Part shown: positions 19,849 through 31,938 of the stretch, in pieces
Numbering within the stretch: position 1 is the stretch's first letter
Layout of the letters: each line of letters opens with the position of its first letter
Assembly: GCA_963777855.1 (NCBI GenBank)
Contig: CAVZRW010000001.1
Coordinates: forward strand, 63,679-127,678
Source: an uncultured Actinomycetes bacterium
Lineage (GTDB): Bacteria > Actinomycetota > Actinomycetes > S36-B12 > CAIYMF01
Reading direction: 5' to 3'
DNA: 64,000 bases
Translations under genes and position numbers: made by a program
The notes under the pieces: model-generated
Databases searched by the model: none
Told to the model about the DNA's origin: nothing
What the model saw: only the letters and a program-made list of their open reading frames with translations

Positions 19849-20957
19849 GGATCGCCCACGTCGAGGTGCACCGGTGCGCGCTGCCGCTCGTGCGACCGTT
19901 CCGCACCTCGTTCGGCACCGAGTACACCAAGGACGTGCTCATCCTCGAGGTGACCACCGACGAGGGCACGGTCGGCTGGGGCGAGTGCGTGGCCGCCCCC
20001 AGCCCGCTGTACAGCCACGAGTTCAACGACGCCGCCCTGCTGGTCTGGCGCGACTTCCTCGTCCCGCGCGTGCTCGGCCGTGACCTGGACGCCGAGGAGG
20101 TCCCCACGCTGCTCGGGCCCGTGCGCGGGCACCCGATGGCCCGGGGGGCGCTCGAGATGGCGATCCTCGACGCGCAGCTGCGGGCCTCGGGCCAGTCGCT
20201 GGCCAGCTACCTGGGGTCGACCCGCGCCGAGATCCCGTGCGGGGTCTCCACCGGGATCCCGGACGACGACAGCCTCGACACGCTGCTGGCCGAGGTGGCC
20301 GACTACGTGCAGGCCGGCTACCGGCGGGTGAAGCTCAAGATCCAGCCCGGCTGGGACCTGGTGCCCACGCGGCTGGTGCGCCGGACCTGGCCGGACCTCC
20401 CGCTGCAGGTCGACGCCAACCAGGCCTACTCGCGTGCGGACATCGACCACCTCGCCGGCCTCGACGAGTTCGACCTGCTGCTGGTCGAGCAGCCGATCCA
20501 CGAGGAGGACCACCTCGGCCACAAGCTGCTGGCCGAGGCGATGGCCACGCCGATCTGCCTCGACGAGTCGGTGCTCTCGGTCGACAGCGCCGAGAGCCTC
20601 ATCGACTACGGCGCCTGCGAGATCGTCAACATCAAGGCAGGACGCGTCGGCGGGTACCTGAGCGCCCGGGCGATCCACGACATGGCGCGGGCCCGTGGGG
20701 TGCCGGTGTGGTGCGGGGGCATGGTCGAGACCGGCCTGGGCCGGGCTGCCAACGTCGCGCTGGCCTCGCTGCCGGGCTTCACGCTTCCTGGGGACACCAG
20801 CGCCTCCGACCGCTTCTTCGCCCAGGACCTCACCGCCCCGTTCACGATGAACGAGGGGATGATGCGCGTGCCGACCGGCCCGGGCCTGGGTGTCGTGCCC
20901 CTGCCCGACGTGCTCGACGCGCTGCGCGTCTCGCGCCAGTCGCTGATGCCCTCCTGA
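19845..20957 (+). CDS. Enolase-superfamily o-succinylbenzoate synthase / N-succinylamino-acid racemase (MenC family)
   Basis: Track ORF 19845..20957. Motifs: VGWGEC, YRRVKLKI (KxK), LQVDANQAY, LLLVEQP, CLDES, NIKAGRVGG, CGGMVETG. Confidence 0.9.
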   Translation: MRIAHVEVHRCALPLVRPFRTSFGTEYTKDVLILEVTTDEGTVGWGECVAAPSPLYSHEFNDAALLVWRDFLVPRVLGRDLDAEEVPTLLGPVRGHPMARGALEMAILDAQLRASGQSLASYLGSTRAEIPCGVSTGIPDDDSLDTLLAEVADYVQAGYRRVKLKIQPGWDLVPTRLVRRTWPDLPLQVDANQAYSRADIDHLAGLDEFDLLLVEQPIHEEDHLGHKLLAEAMATPICLDESVLSVDSAESLIDYGACEIVNIKAGRVGGYLSARAIHDMARARGVPVWCGGMVETGLGRAANVALASLPGFTLPGDTSASDRFFAQDLTAPFTMNEGMMRVPTGPGLGVVPLPDVLDALRVSRQSLMPS

Positions 20958-20966
20958 GGGCGGGTG

Positions 20967-21935
20967 TCAGGCGCGGGCCTTGCGCACGATGTCGACGATG
21001 TCGACCACCACGCCGACCCCGATCACCCAGGCCAGGCCCTGCGTCAGCGGCGAGCCGGGCGCGGCCCACTCGAGATGACCCAGCTCGGCGAAGAACGCCG
21101 GGTTGAGCACCTGCTGGGTCAGCAGCATCGTGATCCCGACCACGGCGAAGAGCACGTCCCCGGCGACCCGCAGGCCGGCCAGCAGGGGCGTCCAGCGCCG
21201 CTTGGCGTAGGCCAGCAGCTGCAGTGCCACGCCCGCGGACATCAGCGCGATCAGGGCCGGAATCCAGAACGACCAGAGGTCCGGATCCAGCAGGGGCACG
21301 ACCGCGCCGGCGTCACTGACCCGGGCGCCGACCTGCTGCCAGAGGAGCGCGGCGATGCCGACCAGCAGGCCCAGCACCGTGCCGATCGTCTCGCCGAGCG
21401 TGACCCCTCGGGCCGCTGTGCGCGGCAGGTCCGCCACGCTCCACGGCCGGCGCCCGGGGATCTCGCGGGCACCGGTGTGCTCGGCGATGGCGAAGCCCAG
21501 CGTGGTCCAGAGCACGACCTGGAAGGCGACCACGAGCAGCAGCCACAGCCCGTCGAGGAGCACCTGCAGCGGGGGAGTGCCGGTGAACGCCTGGACCGTG
21601 CTCACCGTGAGCGCGACGGCGGGTGGCACGATCATCAGCAGGGCCCGCAGCGCCCGGCGGTAGTCCCAGTACAGCCCCGGCCCGATCAGGTACTGCGGGC
21701 CGTCGGTGAGGGAGGCCGCCAGCCGGGCCGGGTCCCCGAGCTCGGTGAGCGCCCGGGTCTCGGCCTCCTGGGGCGCCGTGCCGCTGGTCGCGTCGGCCCC
21801 GGAGGCCGTGCGCGCATCCGCGGCCTCGATGGCATCGGCGATGGAGGCCCGCAGCTCCTGCTCGACGTCGGCACGCATCGGCGCGGGCACACCGCGCAGC
21901 ACCTCGCCCACGTAGCGATCGGTCAGGTCCGACAT
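20967..21935 (-). CDS. PadR-associated membrane protein (N-terminal cytoplasmic helical domain plus about 6 TM helices)
   Basis: Track ORF 20967..22067. The ATG at 21935 (MSDLTDRYVGEVLRGVPAPMRADVEQELRASIADAIE) overlaps the PadR stop by 1 nt. The DRYV..V...LP motif is typical of sensor proteins encoded downstream of PadR. Confidence 0.7.
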   Translation of the reverse strand: MSDLTDRYVGEVLRGVPAPMRADVEQELRASIADAIEAADARTASGADATSGTAPQEAETRALTELGDPARLAASLTDGPQYLIGPGLYWDYRRALRALLMIVPPAVALTVSTVQAFTGTPPLQVLLDGLWLLLVVAFQVVLWTTLGFAIAEHTGAREIPGRRPWSVADLPRTAARGVTLGETIGTVLGLLVGIAALLWQQVGARVSDAGAVVPLLDPDLWSFWIPALIALMSAGVALQLLAYAKRRWTPLLAGLRVAGDVLFAVVGITMLLTQQVLNPAFFAELGHLEWAAPGSPLTQGLAWVIGVGVVVDIVDIVRKARA

Positions 21936-22270
21936 CAGGCACCTCCCTCCAGGGCCCGCAGGGCCCGATCCAGTTGAGTCCAGTCCGCATGCAGGCTCCG
22001 GGCGAGGTCGCGCCCGGACCGGGTGGTCGAGTAGTACTTGCGGGGGCGCGCCTCGTCGGTGTTCCACTCGCTGCGCAGCAGCCCCTGGCGCTCCAGGCGG
22101 CGCAACAGCGGGTACAGGGTGTTGGCGTCCACCTCGAACCCGGCGGCCTCCAGGTGCTCGAGCAGTGCGTAGCCGTAGCCCGGGGTCGTCAGCATCAGCA
22201 GGCAGGCCAGGACGATCGTGCCCCGGCGCAGCTCCTGCTGATGCGTGGCCAGCACCTCATCGGCTCCCAT
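21935..22270 (-). CDS. PadR family transcriptional regulator
   Basis: Track ORF 21935..22312, with the ATG at 22270. Motifs: ELRRGTIVLACLLMLTTPGYGYALLEHL, NTLYPLLRRLERQGLLRSEW, RKYYSTT. Confidence 0.9.
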   Translation of the reverse strand: MGADEVLATHQQELRRGTIVLACLLMLTTPGYGYALLEHLEAAGFEVDANTLYPLLRRLERQGLLRSEWNTDEARPRKYYSTTRSGRDLARSLHADWTQLDRALRALEGGA

Positions 22271-22280
22271 GTCTGAAGCA

Positions 22281-22299
22281 TACTGTGTGAGACACAGTA
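22281..22299. promoter_or_regulatory. Perfect 8-3-8 inverted repeat, candidate PadR operator
   Basis: The sequence is tactgtgt-gag-acacagta, 11 nt upstream of the padR start. It sits in the divergent region shared with the hydrolase gene at 22402. Confidence 0.55.
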
Positions 22300-22401
22300 A
22301 TGGCAAGCCCACATCACTGTGATGGCGGCCGCTCAGGGTCCGGCGGCGTGGAGGTGGTGCTCCTGTGGCAACGGCCGTCGCGGGCTGCCAGAGTCACGTG
22401 C

Positions 22402-23277
22402 ATGGATGAGTCCACGATCACCCTCGCCACGGCTGACGGCCTGGCACTGCAGACCTTCCGCTGGGCCCCCTCGGGACCGCCGCGCGCCGTGGTCCAGGTC
22501 CAGCACGGGCTGGCCGAGCACGCCGCGCGGTACCGGCGCCTCGGGCAGGCGCTCACGGCCGCCGGCTACCTCGTCTACGCCCCGGACGGCCGCGGGTCGG
22601 GGCGCAGCGCCGCGGGCCAGTACGGCCAGTGGGGGCCCGACGGCTGGCCCGGCTGGGTCGAGGACCTCGCCGGCCTGAATGCCCGGATCCGGCAGGACCA
22701 TCCGGGCCTGCCCGTGGCCCTGTTCGGCCACAGCATGGGCTCGTTCGCCAGCCAGCAGTACGTGCTCGACCACAGCGCGGACGTCGACGCGCTCGTCCTG
22801 TCCGGCACCACGGAGGTGGCCAGCCTGGCTGCGATGCTGGAGTCCGACGAGCCTGCCGATCTCAGCGCCTTCAACGCCCCGTTCGAGTTCCGCACCGGCT
22901 ACGAGTGGCTCTCCCGCGACGAGGCCGAGGTCGACGCCTACGTCGCCGACGAGGCCTGTGGGTGGGTCGCCCCGCCGTTGATCGGGATCGGGACCCTCGT
23001 CGAGGCCGCGGATCCGGCGCGCCTGGCCGGGATCCGCCCCGACCTGCCCGTCCTGCTGGTCTCGGGCACCGACGACCCGCTGGCCGGTGGGGGAGCGGCC
23101 GTCGAGCTGGTCGCCCAGCGCTACCGCGACGCCGGCGTGCGCGACGTGACCGCGACGCTCTACCCGGGCGCCCGCCACGAGCTGCTCAACGAGACCAACC
23201 GTGACGAGGTCACGGCCGCGATCCTCGCCTTCCTCGACCGGACCGTCGGGGCGACCACCGGCGCCGTGGGCACCTGA
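22402..23277 (+). CDS. Alpha/beta hydrolase (lysophospholipase / monoacylglycerol-lipase-like)
   Basis: Track ORF 22300..23277, with the ATG at 22402. Motifs: VQHGLAEHAARY, GHSMGS nucleophile elbow, SGTDDPL, ARHELLNE. Confidence 0.8.
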   Translation: MDESTITLATADGLALQTFRWAPSGPPRAVVQVQHGLAEHAARYRRLGQALTAAGYLVYAPDGRGSGRSAAGQYGQWGPDGWPGWVEDLAGLNARIRQDHPGLPVALFGHSMGSFASQQYVLDHSADVDALVLSGTTEVASLAAMLESDEPADLSAFNAPFEFRTGYEWLSRDEAEVDAYVADEACGWVAPPLIGIGTLVEAADPARLAGIRPDLPVLLVSGTDDPLAGGGAAVELVAQRYRDAGVRDVTATLYPGARHELLNETNRDEVTAAILAFLDRTVGATTGAVGT

Positions 23278-23290
23278 GTCACCCCGGGGG

Positions 23291-25441
23291 TCAGGCCCTC
23301 GATCCTGCCTCGGGCGCCTCGCCCAGCGCGTCGGTCAGCAGGGCCACGAGTGCCTCGAGCTGCACGTCGGCTGCGCCCGTCGGCTCCTGCGTCGAGCCGT
23401 CGAGGGCGCGGGCGGCCAGGCCGGCCTTGCTGTCGATGAGCTCGGCGACCCGGGCGTCGATGGTCTGGGCCGCGATGATCCGCCAGGCGGTCACCGGCTG
23501 GTCCTGGCCGATGCGGTGGATGCGGTCGATCGCCTGGGTCTGCTCGGCGTCGGTCCACGACAGCTCGGCCAGCACCAGGTTCGAGGCGACCTGCAGGTTC
23601 AGGCCCACGCCCGCGGCAGTCAGCGAGCACACCGCCACGGCGACGTCGGGGTCGTTGACGAACGCGTCGATGTTGCGCTGGCGCACCTTGGGCGTCTGGT
23701 CGCCGCGGATCGAGCAGTAGCCGACGCCCCGCTGGGCGAACAGCTCCTCGGCGGCGTCCATCACGTCCACGTGCTTGGCGAAGAACACCACCTTGCCCAC
23801 GTTGCGGGCCAGCTGCGCGGTGTAGTCCGCGGCCGGCCCCGCCTTCGCCTGGCCGATGCGCCGCATCATCGCGAACACGTTCTCGCCGCTGGAGGCCTCG
23901 TTGGCCTCCTGCCGCTCCCAGGTGGCCACACGGCGCACGAGCTCGTGGTCGATGCCCTCGACGGGCCCGTGCGAGGTGCGACGTTCGAGGGCCTCCCGGT
24001 AGCGCGCCATCATGCGCCGGGCCAGCGCCCGCTCGGCGGCCCGGATCGAGCGGCCGGCCTCGTCGTCGAGCTCGACAGGCAGGTCGGCCACGCGGCGGGC
24101 CGGGATGTCGGCGGCCACGTCGACCTTGCGCCGGCGCACGATGCCCATGTCCACGACGCTGCGCCGGGCTGCGGTGTAGAACCCGGGGTCGCCCGGGGCC
24201 AGTCCGGTGTCCTCCAGGGCGCGCATGAGCCCGCCGATCGGGCGGGTCTGGTCGATCCAGCCGAGGAACTGCCAGATCGCCCGGAAGTCCTCGATGTCGT
24301 TGATCAGCGGCGTGCCGGTCAGGGCCATCAGCAGGGGCCGGCCGATCCGTGCGCGGATCCGCTGGGAGATCTCCAGGACGTGCTGCGAGCGCTGCGAGGA
24401 CTTGTTCTTGATGAAGTGGGCCTCGTCGACGACCATGCCGCGGAAGCCGAGGTCGCCCAGCCAGCCCACGTGCCGGTCGAGCACCTCGTAGTTGACGATC
24501 ACGATGTCGGCGAACCCGTCGATCGAGTCCCCGTCGCCATGGACGACGGTGGCGGTGCGCTGCGGCGTCCAGAGGCCCACCTCCCGGGCCCAGTTGGTCT
24601 TCACCACGTTGGGCACGACCACGAGCAGCGGGTAGGCCGAGGAGGCCTCGGCGGCCAGCAGCGCCTGGGCGGTCTTGCCCAGGCCGGGCTCGTCGGCGAG
24701 CAGGAAGGTGCGGTGGCCGGCGGCCGCGGCGGCGACCACCTGCGCCTGGTGGGCCATCAGCTCCAGGCCCGCGGGGACGCGCGCCGGGGCCGGGTCCGGA
24801 AGGGGCATGCAGGAGGTGGCCGCCGCACTCGCGTCCTCGAACGAGCGCAGCAGGGGCCCGATCAGCTCCCAGCCGGCCAGTCGCTGGGGGCGCACCTGGT
24901 TCTGCCGGGCGGCGTCGAGGTCCGGGGCGAGGAAGGGGTTGGCCAGCTGGCGGGAGATGACCGACTGGGGCACCACACGGCGCCGGGCCGGAACCTCCGG
25001 GGCGGCCGGTGCAGGCTCGGGCTCGGCCGGGGTCACCTCGACGCCGGCGGACTCCAGCAGCTCGAGGCGCAGCACCTTCGCCGACTCCGAGACCTCGGTG
25101 TCCTCGGCGATGAGGGCCAGCAGCGAGGTGTCGCGCACGGCGGCCTTGGCGAGGCTGGTGGCCACGCCGTCCAGGCGCTTGAGCTGGGCGGCCCGCTGGG
25201 CCTCGCTGATCGTGTCGTCAGCCATGACCCGGGCGCGTTCCTCGCGCACCAGCAGGGCCACGGCTTGGAAGGTGGTGCGCACCGACGAGCGCGCCGGGCG
25301 CCGCGCGACCTCGTTCTGCACCTCCCGAACCGCCCGGGCCAGCACCGGGATGAGCCCCTCGTCCTCATGGCCCCGGGCGCGCCGCTGGGCGCGTGGGGCC
25401 GCCGGTCGTGCCGTTGCCTGGCGTTGGCCTCGTCGAGCCAC
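23291..25441 (-). CDS. SNF2-family (Swi2/Snf2, HelZ/RapA-like) DEAH helicase
   Basis: Track ORF 23291..26005. GTG 25439-25441 follows AAGGGAGG with a 4-nt spacer; further upstream is Arg/Ala-rich. Motifs: [11 protein letters not shown] (I), [11 protein letters not shown] (II), LTGTPLIND (III), [19 protein letters not shown] (VI). Confidence 0.85.
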   Translation of the reverse strand: MARRGQRQATARPAAPRAQRRARGHEDEGLIPVLARAVREVQNEVARRPARSSVRTTFQAVALLVREERARVMADDTISEAQRAAQLKRLDGVATSLAKAAVRDTSLLALIAEDTEVSESAKVLRLELLESAGVEVTPAEPEPAPAAPEVPARRRVVPQSVISRQLANPFLAPDLDAARQNQVRPQRLAGWELIGPLLRSFEDASAAATSCMPLPDPAPARVPAGLELMAHQAQVVAAAAAGHRTFLLADEPGLGKTAQALLAAEASSAYPLLVVVPNVVKTNWAREVGLWTPQRTATVVHGDGDSIDGFADIVIVNYEVLDRHVGWLGDLGFRGMVVDEAHFIKNKSSQRSQHVLEISQRIRARIGRPLLMALTGTPLINDIEDFRAIWQFLGWIDQTRPIGGLMRALEDTGLAPGDPGFYTAARRSVVDMGIVRRRKVDVAADIPARRVADLPVELDDEAGRSIRAAERALARRMMARYREALERRTSHGPVEGIDHELVRRVATWERQEANEASSGENVFAMMRRIGQAKAGPAADYTAQLARNVGKVVFFAKHVDVMDAAEELFAQRGVGYCSIRGDQTPKVRQRNIDAFVNDPDVAVAVCSLTAAGVGLNLQVASNLVLAELSWTDAEQTQAIDRIHRIGQDQPVTAWRIIAAQTIDARVAELIDSKAGLAARALDGSTQEPTGAADVQLEALVALLTDALGEAPEAGSRA

Positions 25442-25749
25442 TGCACCTCCCTTGCATGCCTGGCGGCACGCGCCGAGCGTGGACCCGCTCGCAGTCCGCG
25501 ACCGGGCGAGTGCGCGCGCGCCGCACGGTCCGGTGGTGCGCCCGCGCGCCGATGCGCGAGCCCCACAGGCCGGCGAGCACGCGGCCAGCCGCGACAGCCC
25601 GACACAGCGGGAACCCGCCGACCTCGAGTCGGGGACCGTCTCAGCCACCGCGACACCGGCTCGTCTGCCTGCCCGAGCCCGCCCCGCGGGTGGGCACACT
25701 CTACCGCCCCGGTGACCACGGCCGCGGAACGCGCGCGTGCGCGCCGTGG

Positions 25750-26343
25750 CTACCCCTTCGCGGCGGCCTTCTGCTGCTGCTTGAAGGCGCGCACCTCGGC
25801 CAGCGTCGGCGGGTCGACGACGTCGGCGATGGAGCGCCGTGCCCCGTCCTGGCCGTAGGCGCCGGCGGCCTCGCGCCAGCCGTCGGGGCGGATGTCGCAC
25901 TGCTTGCCGAGCAGGGCCACGAAGATCCGGGCCTTCTGCTCGCCGAAGCCGGGCAGCGCCCGCAGCCGGCGCAGGAGCTCGGCGCCGCTCGGGGCGGTGG
26001 TCCACAGGGCCGCCGCGTCGCCGCCGTACTCGGCGAGCACGTGGCGGGCGAGCTCCTGGATGCGCCCGGCCATCGAGCCGGGGTAGCGGTGCACGGCGGG
26101 GGGCCCGGCGGCCAGGGCTGCGAAGGCCGTCGGGTCGTGCTCGGCGATCGCGGCGGGGTCCAACCGGTCGACCCCGAGCCGGTCGGCCAACAGTCGGGGG
26201 CCGGCGAACGCCCTCTCCATCGGGAACTGCTGGTCGAGCAGCATCCCGGTCAGCAGGGCGAACGGGTCGGTGGACAGCAGCGCGTCGGCGCCCGGCTCCT
26301 GGGCCAGGTGCAGGGCCGGGGGTCCGGTCGCTGCGCCCGTCAT
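25750..26343 (-). CDS. HhH-GPD-type base-excision DNA-repair-like protein
   Basis: This is the C-terminal 197 codons of track ORF 25750..27354, with the ATG at 26341-26343 (MTGAATGPPALHLAQEP). Motifs: PFALLTGMLLDQQ, helix-hairpin-helix LPGFGEQKARIFVALLGKQ. Confidence 0.75.
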   Translation of the reverse strand: MTGAATGPPALHLAQEPGADALLSTDPFALLTGMLLDQQFPMERAFAGPRLLADRLGVDRLDPAAIAEHDPTAFAALAAGPPAVHRYPGSMAGRIQELARHVLAEYGGDAAALWTTAPSGAELLRRLRALPGFGEQKARIFVALLGKQCDIRPDGWREAAGAYGQDGARRSIADVVDPPTLAEVRAFKQQQKAAAKG

Positions 26344-26620
26344 CGCAGGAGCCCCGGACCGCGTCCGGGCAGTGCTGCTGCGGCCCCCCACGCAGGCCTC
26401 ACGTGTGCCACGACGTCCTCCTCGCCCCGGGGCCGCGTGCGGACCCTGTCTGGGCATGGTCCTCCAGGCGGACGCCGCACGCCAGCGCGCGGTTGGCCTC
26501 GGCAGGGCCCTCGGTCCCTGTCGTAGCTCGGCGCCGCGGACTAACGTGGAGGGTGCCCGCCGGAGACGGCCCGGTTCCTCGGCGCCGAACCAGCGGTCTG
26601 CGGAGAGAAGGTCGATCACC

Positions 26621-26824
26621 ATGCCAGCACCCGATCCGACTGCCCCCGAGGTCCAGCGCCTCCTGCGCGAGGGGTACAGCCTCGAGGAGTTGAAGGCCGA
26701 GCTCGTGCGCCAGGTACACCGCCTCGAGGACCCCACGGCCACGTGGGACGAGGACCAGCGCCACATCATCACCACGTGGATCACTGCCGTGCGCGGTGAG
26801 GTCGTGCGGCGCGAAGCCGGGTAG
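26621..26824 (+). CDS. Small hypothetical protein (67 aa)
   Basis: ATG 26621 is preceded by GGAGAGAAGG. The product is MPAPDPTAPEVQRLLREGYSLEELKAELVRQVHRLEDPTATWDEDQRHIITTWITAVRGEVVRREAG, which has a non-repetitive, balanced composition unlike the surrounding shadow ORFs. I do not recognise a family. Confidence 0.45.
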   Translation: MPAPDPTAPEVQRLLREGYSLEELKAELVRQVHRLEDPTATWDEDQRHIITTWITAVRGEVVRREAG

Positions 26825-26927
26825 CGGCCAGCTGCGCCGCCCACCGGGGGGTCACGGCCTCGCGGGTATTCCTGCGTAGGGCACCGCACCCTGTTCGCGG
26901 GCCCAACGCGTGAGTCTGGTCGCCCCC

Positions 26928-26957
26928 TTGACACCCGCTGCGCGATGGCGCTACCTT
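26928..26957 (+). promoter_or_regulatory. Candidate sigma-70-type promoter of the bgl operon
   Basis: TTGACA (26928-26933), an 18-nt spacer, then TACCTT (26952-26957), about 35 nt upstream of the RAT element. Confidence 0.45.
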
Positions 26958-26990
26958 CGTCGCAGGTCGCACCGCGACCCGCGAAGTCTA

Positions 26991-27022
26991 GGGTTGTTAC
27001 CGCATCAGCGGGCAAAACCTGA
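26991..27022 (+). promoter_or_regulatory. RAT (ribonucleic antiterminator) target of BglG/LicT-family antiterminators
   Basis: GGGTTGTTACCGCATCAGCGGGCAAAACCTGA compared with the published E. coli / B. subtilis RAT consensus GGATTGTTACTGCATTCGCAGGCAAAACCTGA. Its 3' part overlaps the 5' arm of the downstream terminator. Confidence 0.85.
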
Positions 27023-27080
27023 ACTTTGGTGAGTTGACGTTCTTCGGAACGCAACGCATCAGGGTTCAGGTTTTTTTGTT
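27014..27080 (+). terminator. Intrinsic terminator of the bgl leader (attenuator)
   Basis: The arms aaaacctgaac (27014-27024) and gttcaggtttt (27064-27074) pair. An inner cgttc-ttcg-gaacg hairpin lies between them. A 7-T run (27071-27077) follows, ending 50 nt before the PTS start codon. Confidence 0.8.
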
Positions 27081-27130
27081 GCCCAAAACGCCCTCGGCAC
27101 CGCCCAACAGCGAGTTTCGAAGGAGTTGTC

Positions 27131-30566
<3,436 letters not shown>

Positions 30567-30621
30567 CGAGCGGACGGCCGATGCAGGGGACGAGGTGCCC
30601 GCAGACGCGGCCACCGTGCCG

Positions 30622-30891
30622 GTCTTCGGCCCGGACTCCGGGGAGCTGGCCCTGCCCGGGGTGCGCAAGGCCGGCGCCGTGGCACTGCTGCTCGAGCACC
30701 TGGGCGTCGACGTGTCCGACGCGCTGGCCAACGGGGACGGGCACAACGACCTCGAGATGCTGGCGCACGTGAGGATCGGGGTCGCCATGGGCGATGCTGT
30801 CCCCGAGCTGCTCGCGATCGCCGACGAGGTCACCGGCACGGTCGACGAGGACGGGCTGCTCACCAGCTTCGCCCGGCACGCACTGATCTGA
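30622..30891 (+). pseudogene. 3' remnant of a Cof-type HAD-IIB phosphatase gene
   Basis: Only the C-terminal ~90 residues are present in track ORF 30529..30891: LPGVRKAGAVALLLEHLGVDVSDALANGDGHNDLEMLAHVRIGVAMGDAVPELLAIADEVTGTVDEDGLLTSF. The N-terminal DxD catalytic half and the cap are absent, and the upstream part of the ORF overlaps the bglA 3' end. Confidence 0.6.
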
Positions 30892-31086
30892 CCCACGAGC
30901 CCGCGAACGCCACCCCAGGGTGGGCGGCGTCCTGGAGGAGGGAGGCACACCGATGCGGCGCACGACGCCAGTTCTGCGCGGGCCTGCCGCCCCCGCGATG
31001 GGCCCGCGGGTGGCAGGCCCGCGACGGGCCCGCGCGCGCTGGGGGCTCGTGGTCGGGCAGCAGCACGGCGCCGCCGGCAAGGGTGG

Positions 31087-31938
31087 GTGAGCGGGGTGCT
31101 GCGGGTCGAGCGGGTGATCAACAACAACGTCATCAGCGTGCTCGAGGACGGTCGCGAGGTGATCCTCACCGGGCGTGGGCTGGGCTACCAGCAGCACCCC
31201 GGGGGCACGTACGACCCGGCGCGGGTGGAACGCCGGTTCGTCCTCGATGACGACCGCTCGGCCGAGGGGTACGCGAGCCTCATCTCCGAGATCCCCTACG
31301 AGGTGCTGGTGCTGTCCAACCGGATCGCCGACCACCTGGCCGCAGGTGTCGGCATCCAGCTCTCCAGCGCCGCCCAGCTGGCCCTGGCCGACCACATCCA
31401 GTTCGCGGTGCTGCGCCTGGCCAAGGGCCAGCGCCTGGAGCACCCGCTGCTCTGGGAGCTCAAGAGCACCTACCGGGCGGAGTTCACCGCCGCCCTGGAG
31501 ATCCTCGACATGATCCGCGCCTCGACCGGCGTGGACATGCCGGTCGACGAGGCCGGGTTCCTCACCATGCACCTGGTCAACTCCGAGCTGACCGGTGACC
31601 TCGCCGCCTCGATGGGAACGGCGACGGCCGTCCAGGACATCGTCGGCATCGTGCGGGCCCAGCTCGGCGTGCCGCTCCTGCCGGACTCCGCGGCCTACGC
31701 GCGCTTCCTGACGCACGTGAAGTTCTCGGTGCAGCGCATCGAGGACGGGCAGCTGCTGACCGGCACCGACTCCCAGTTCTACGACCTGGTCCGCGAGAAG
31801 GACCCGGCCGCGCATCGCAGTGCCCTGGCGATCGCCGACTACGTGGCCCAGCGCTACGGTGTCGTGCTGCCCGACGAAGAGCTGCTGTACCTGATGATGC
31901 ACATCAACCGCCTGCGCACCCGGGACACAGCCCCGTGA
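31087..31938 (+). CDS. bglG: BglG/LicT/SacY-family PRD-containing transcription antiterminator
   Basis: Track ORF 31087..31938 (GTG start; an alternative GTG lies at 31096). CAT RNA-binding domain VERVINNNVISVLEDGREVILTGRGLGY, followed by two PRD modules (LADHIQFAV; FLTHVKFSVQR). Confidence 0.9.
   Translation: MSGVLRVERVINNNVISVLEDGREVILTGRGLGYQQHPGGTYDPARVERRFVLDDDRSAEGYASLISEIPYEVLVLSNRIADHLAAGVGIQLSSAAQLALADHIQFAVLRLAKGQRLEHPLLWELKSTYRAEFTAALEILDMIRASTGVDMPVDEAGFLTMHLVNSELTGDLAASMGTATAVQDIVGIVRAQLGVPLLPDSAAYARFLTHVKFSVQRIEDGQLLTGTDSQFYDLVREKDPAAHRSALAIADYVAQRYGVVLPDEELLYLMMHINRLRTRDTAP

Noticed and set aside
23291-25441. The SNF2 helicase as part of a DISARM/BREX/other anti-phage defence island.
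   Set aside because: No methyltransferase, PLD nuclease, DUF1998, PglZ or similar partner lies within the flanking genes. The neighbours are a lipase-like hydrolase and an HhH-GPD protein. Nothing here supports a defence system.
25442-25749. A ~300-nt GC-rich intergenic region upstream of the SNF2 gene as a possible riboswitch or sRNA.
   Set aside because: I could not match it to any riboswitch or sRNA consensus I know. Only a -10-like TAGAGT and generic GC-rich pairing are visible. I kept it as a long-leader remark under the helicase finding.
23201-25858. 885-aa plus-strand ORF opposite the SNF2 helicase. Similar cases are 29022..31169, 58494..61079 (N-terminal part) and 61051..63228.
   Set aside because: All have shadow-ORF composition (Arg/Gly/Pro/His/Asp-rich) and overlap genes with clear catalytic motifs on the other strand.
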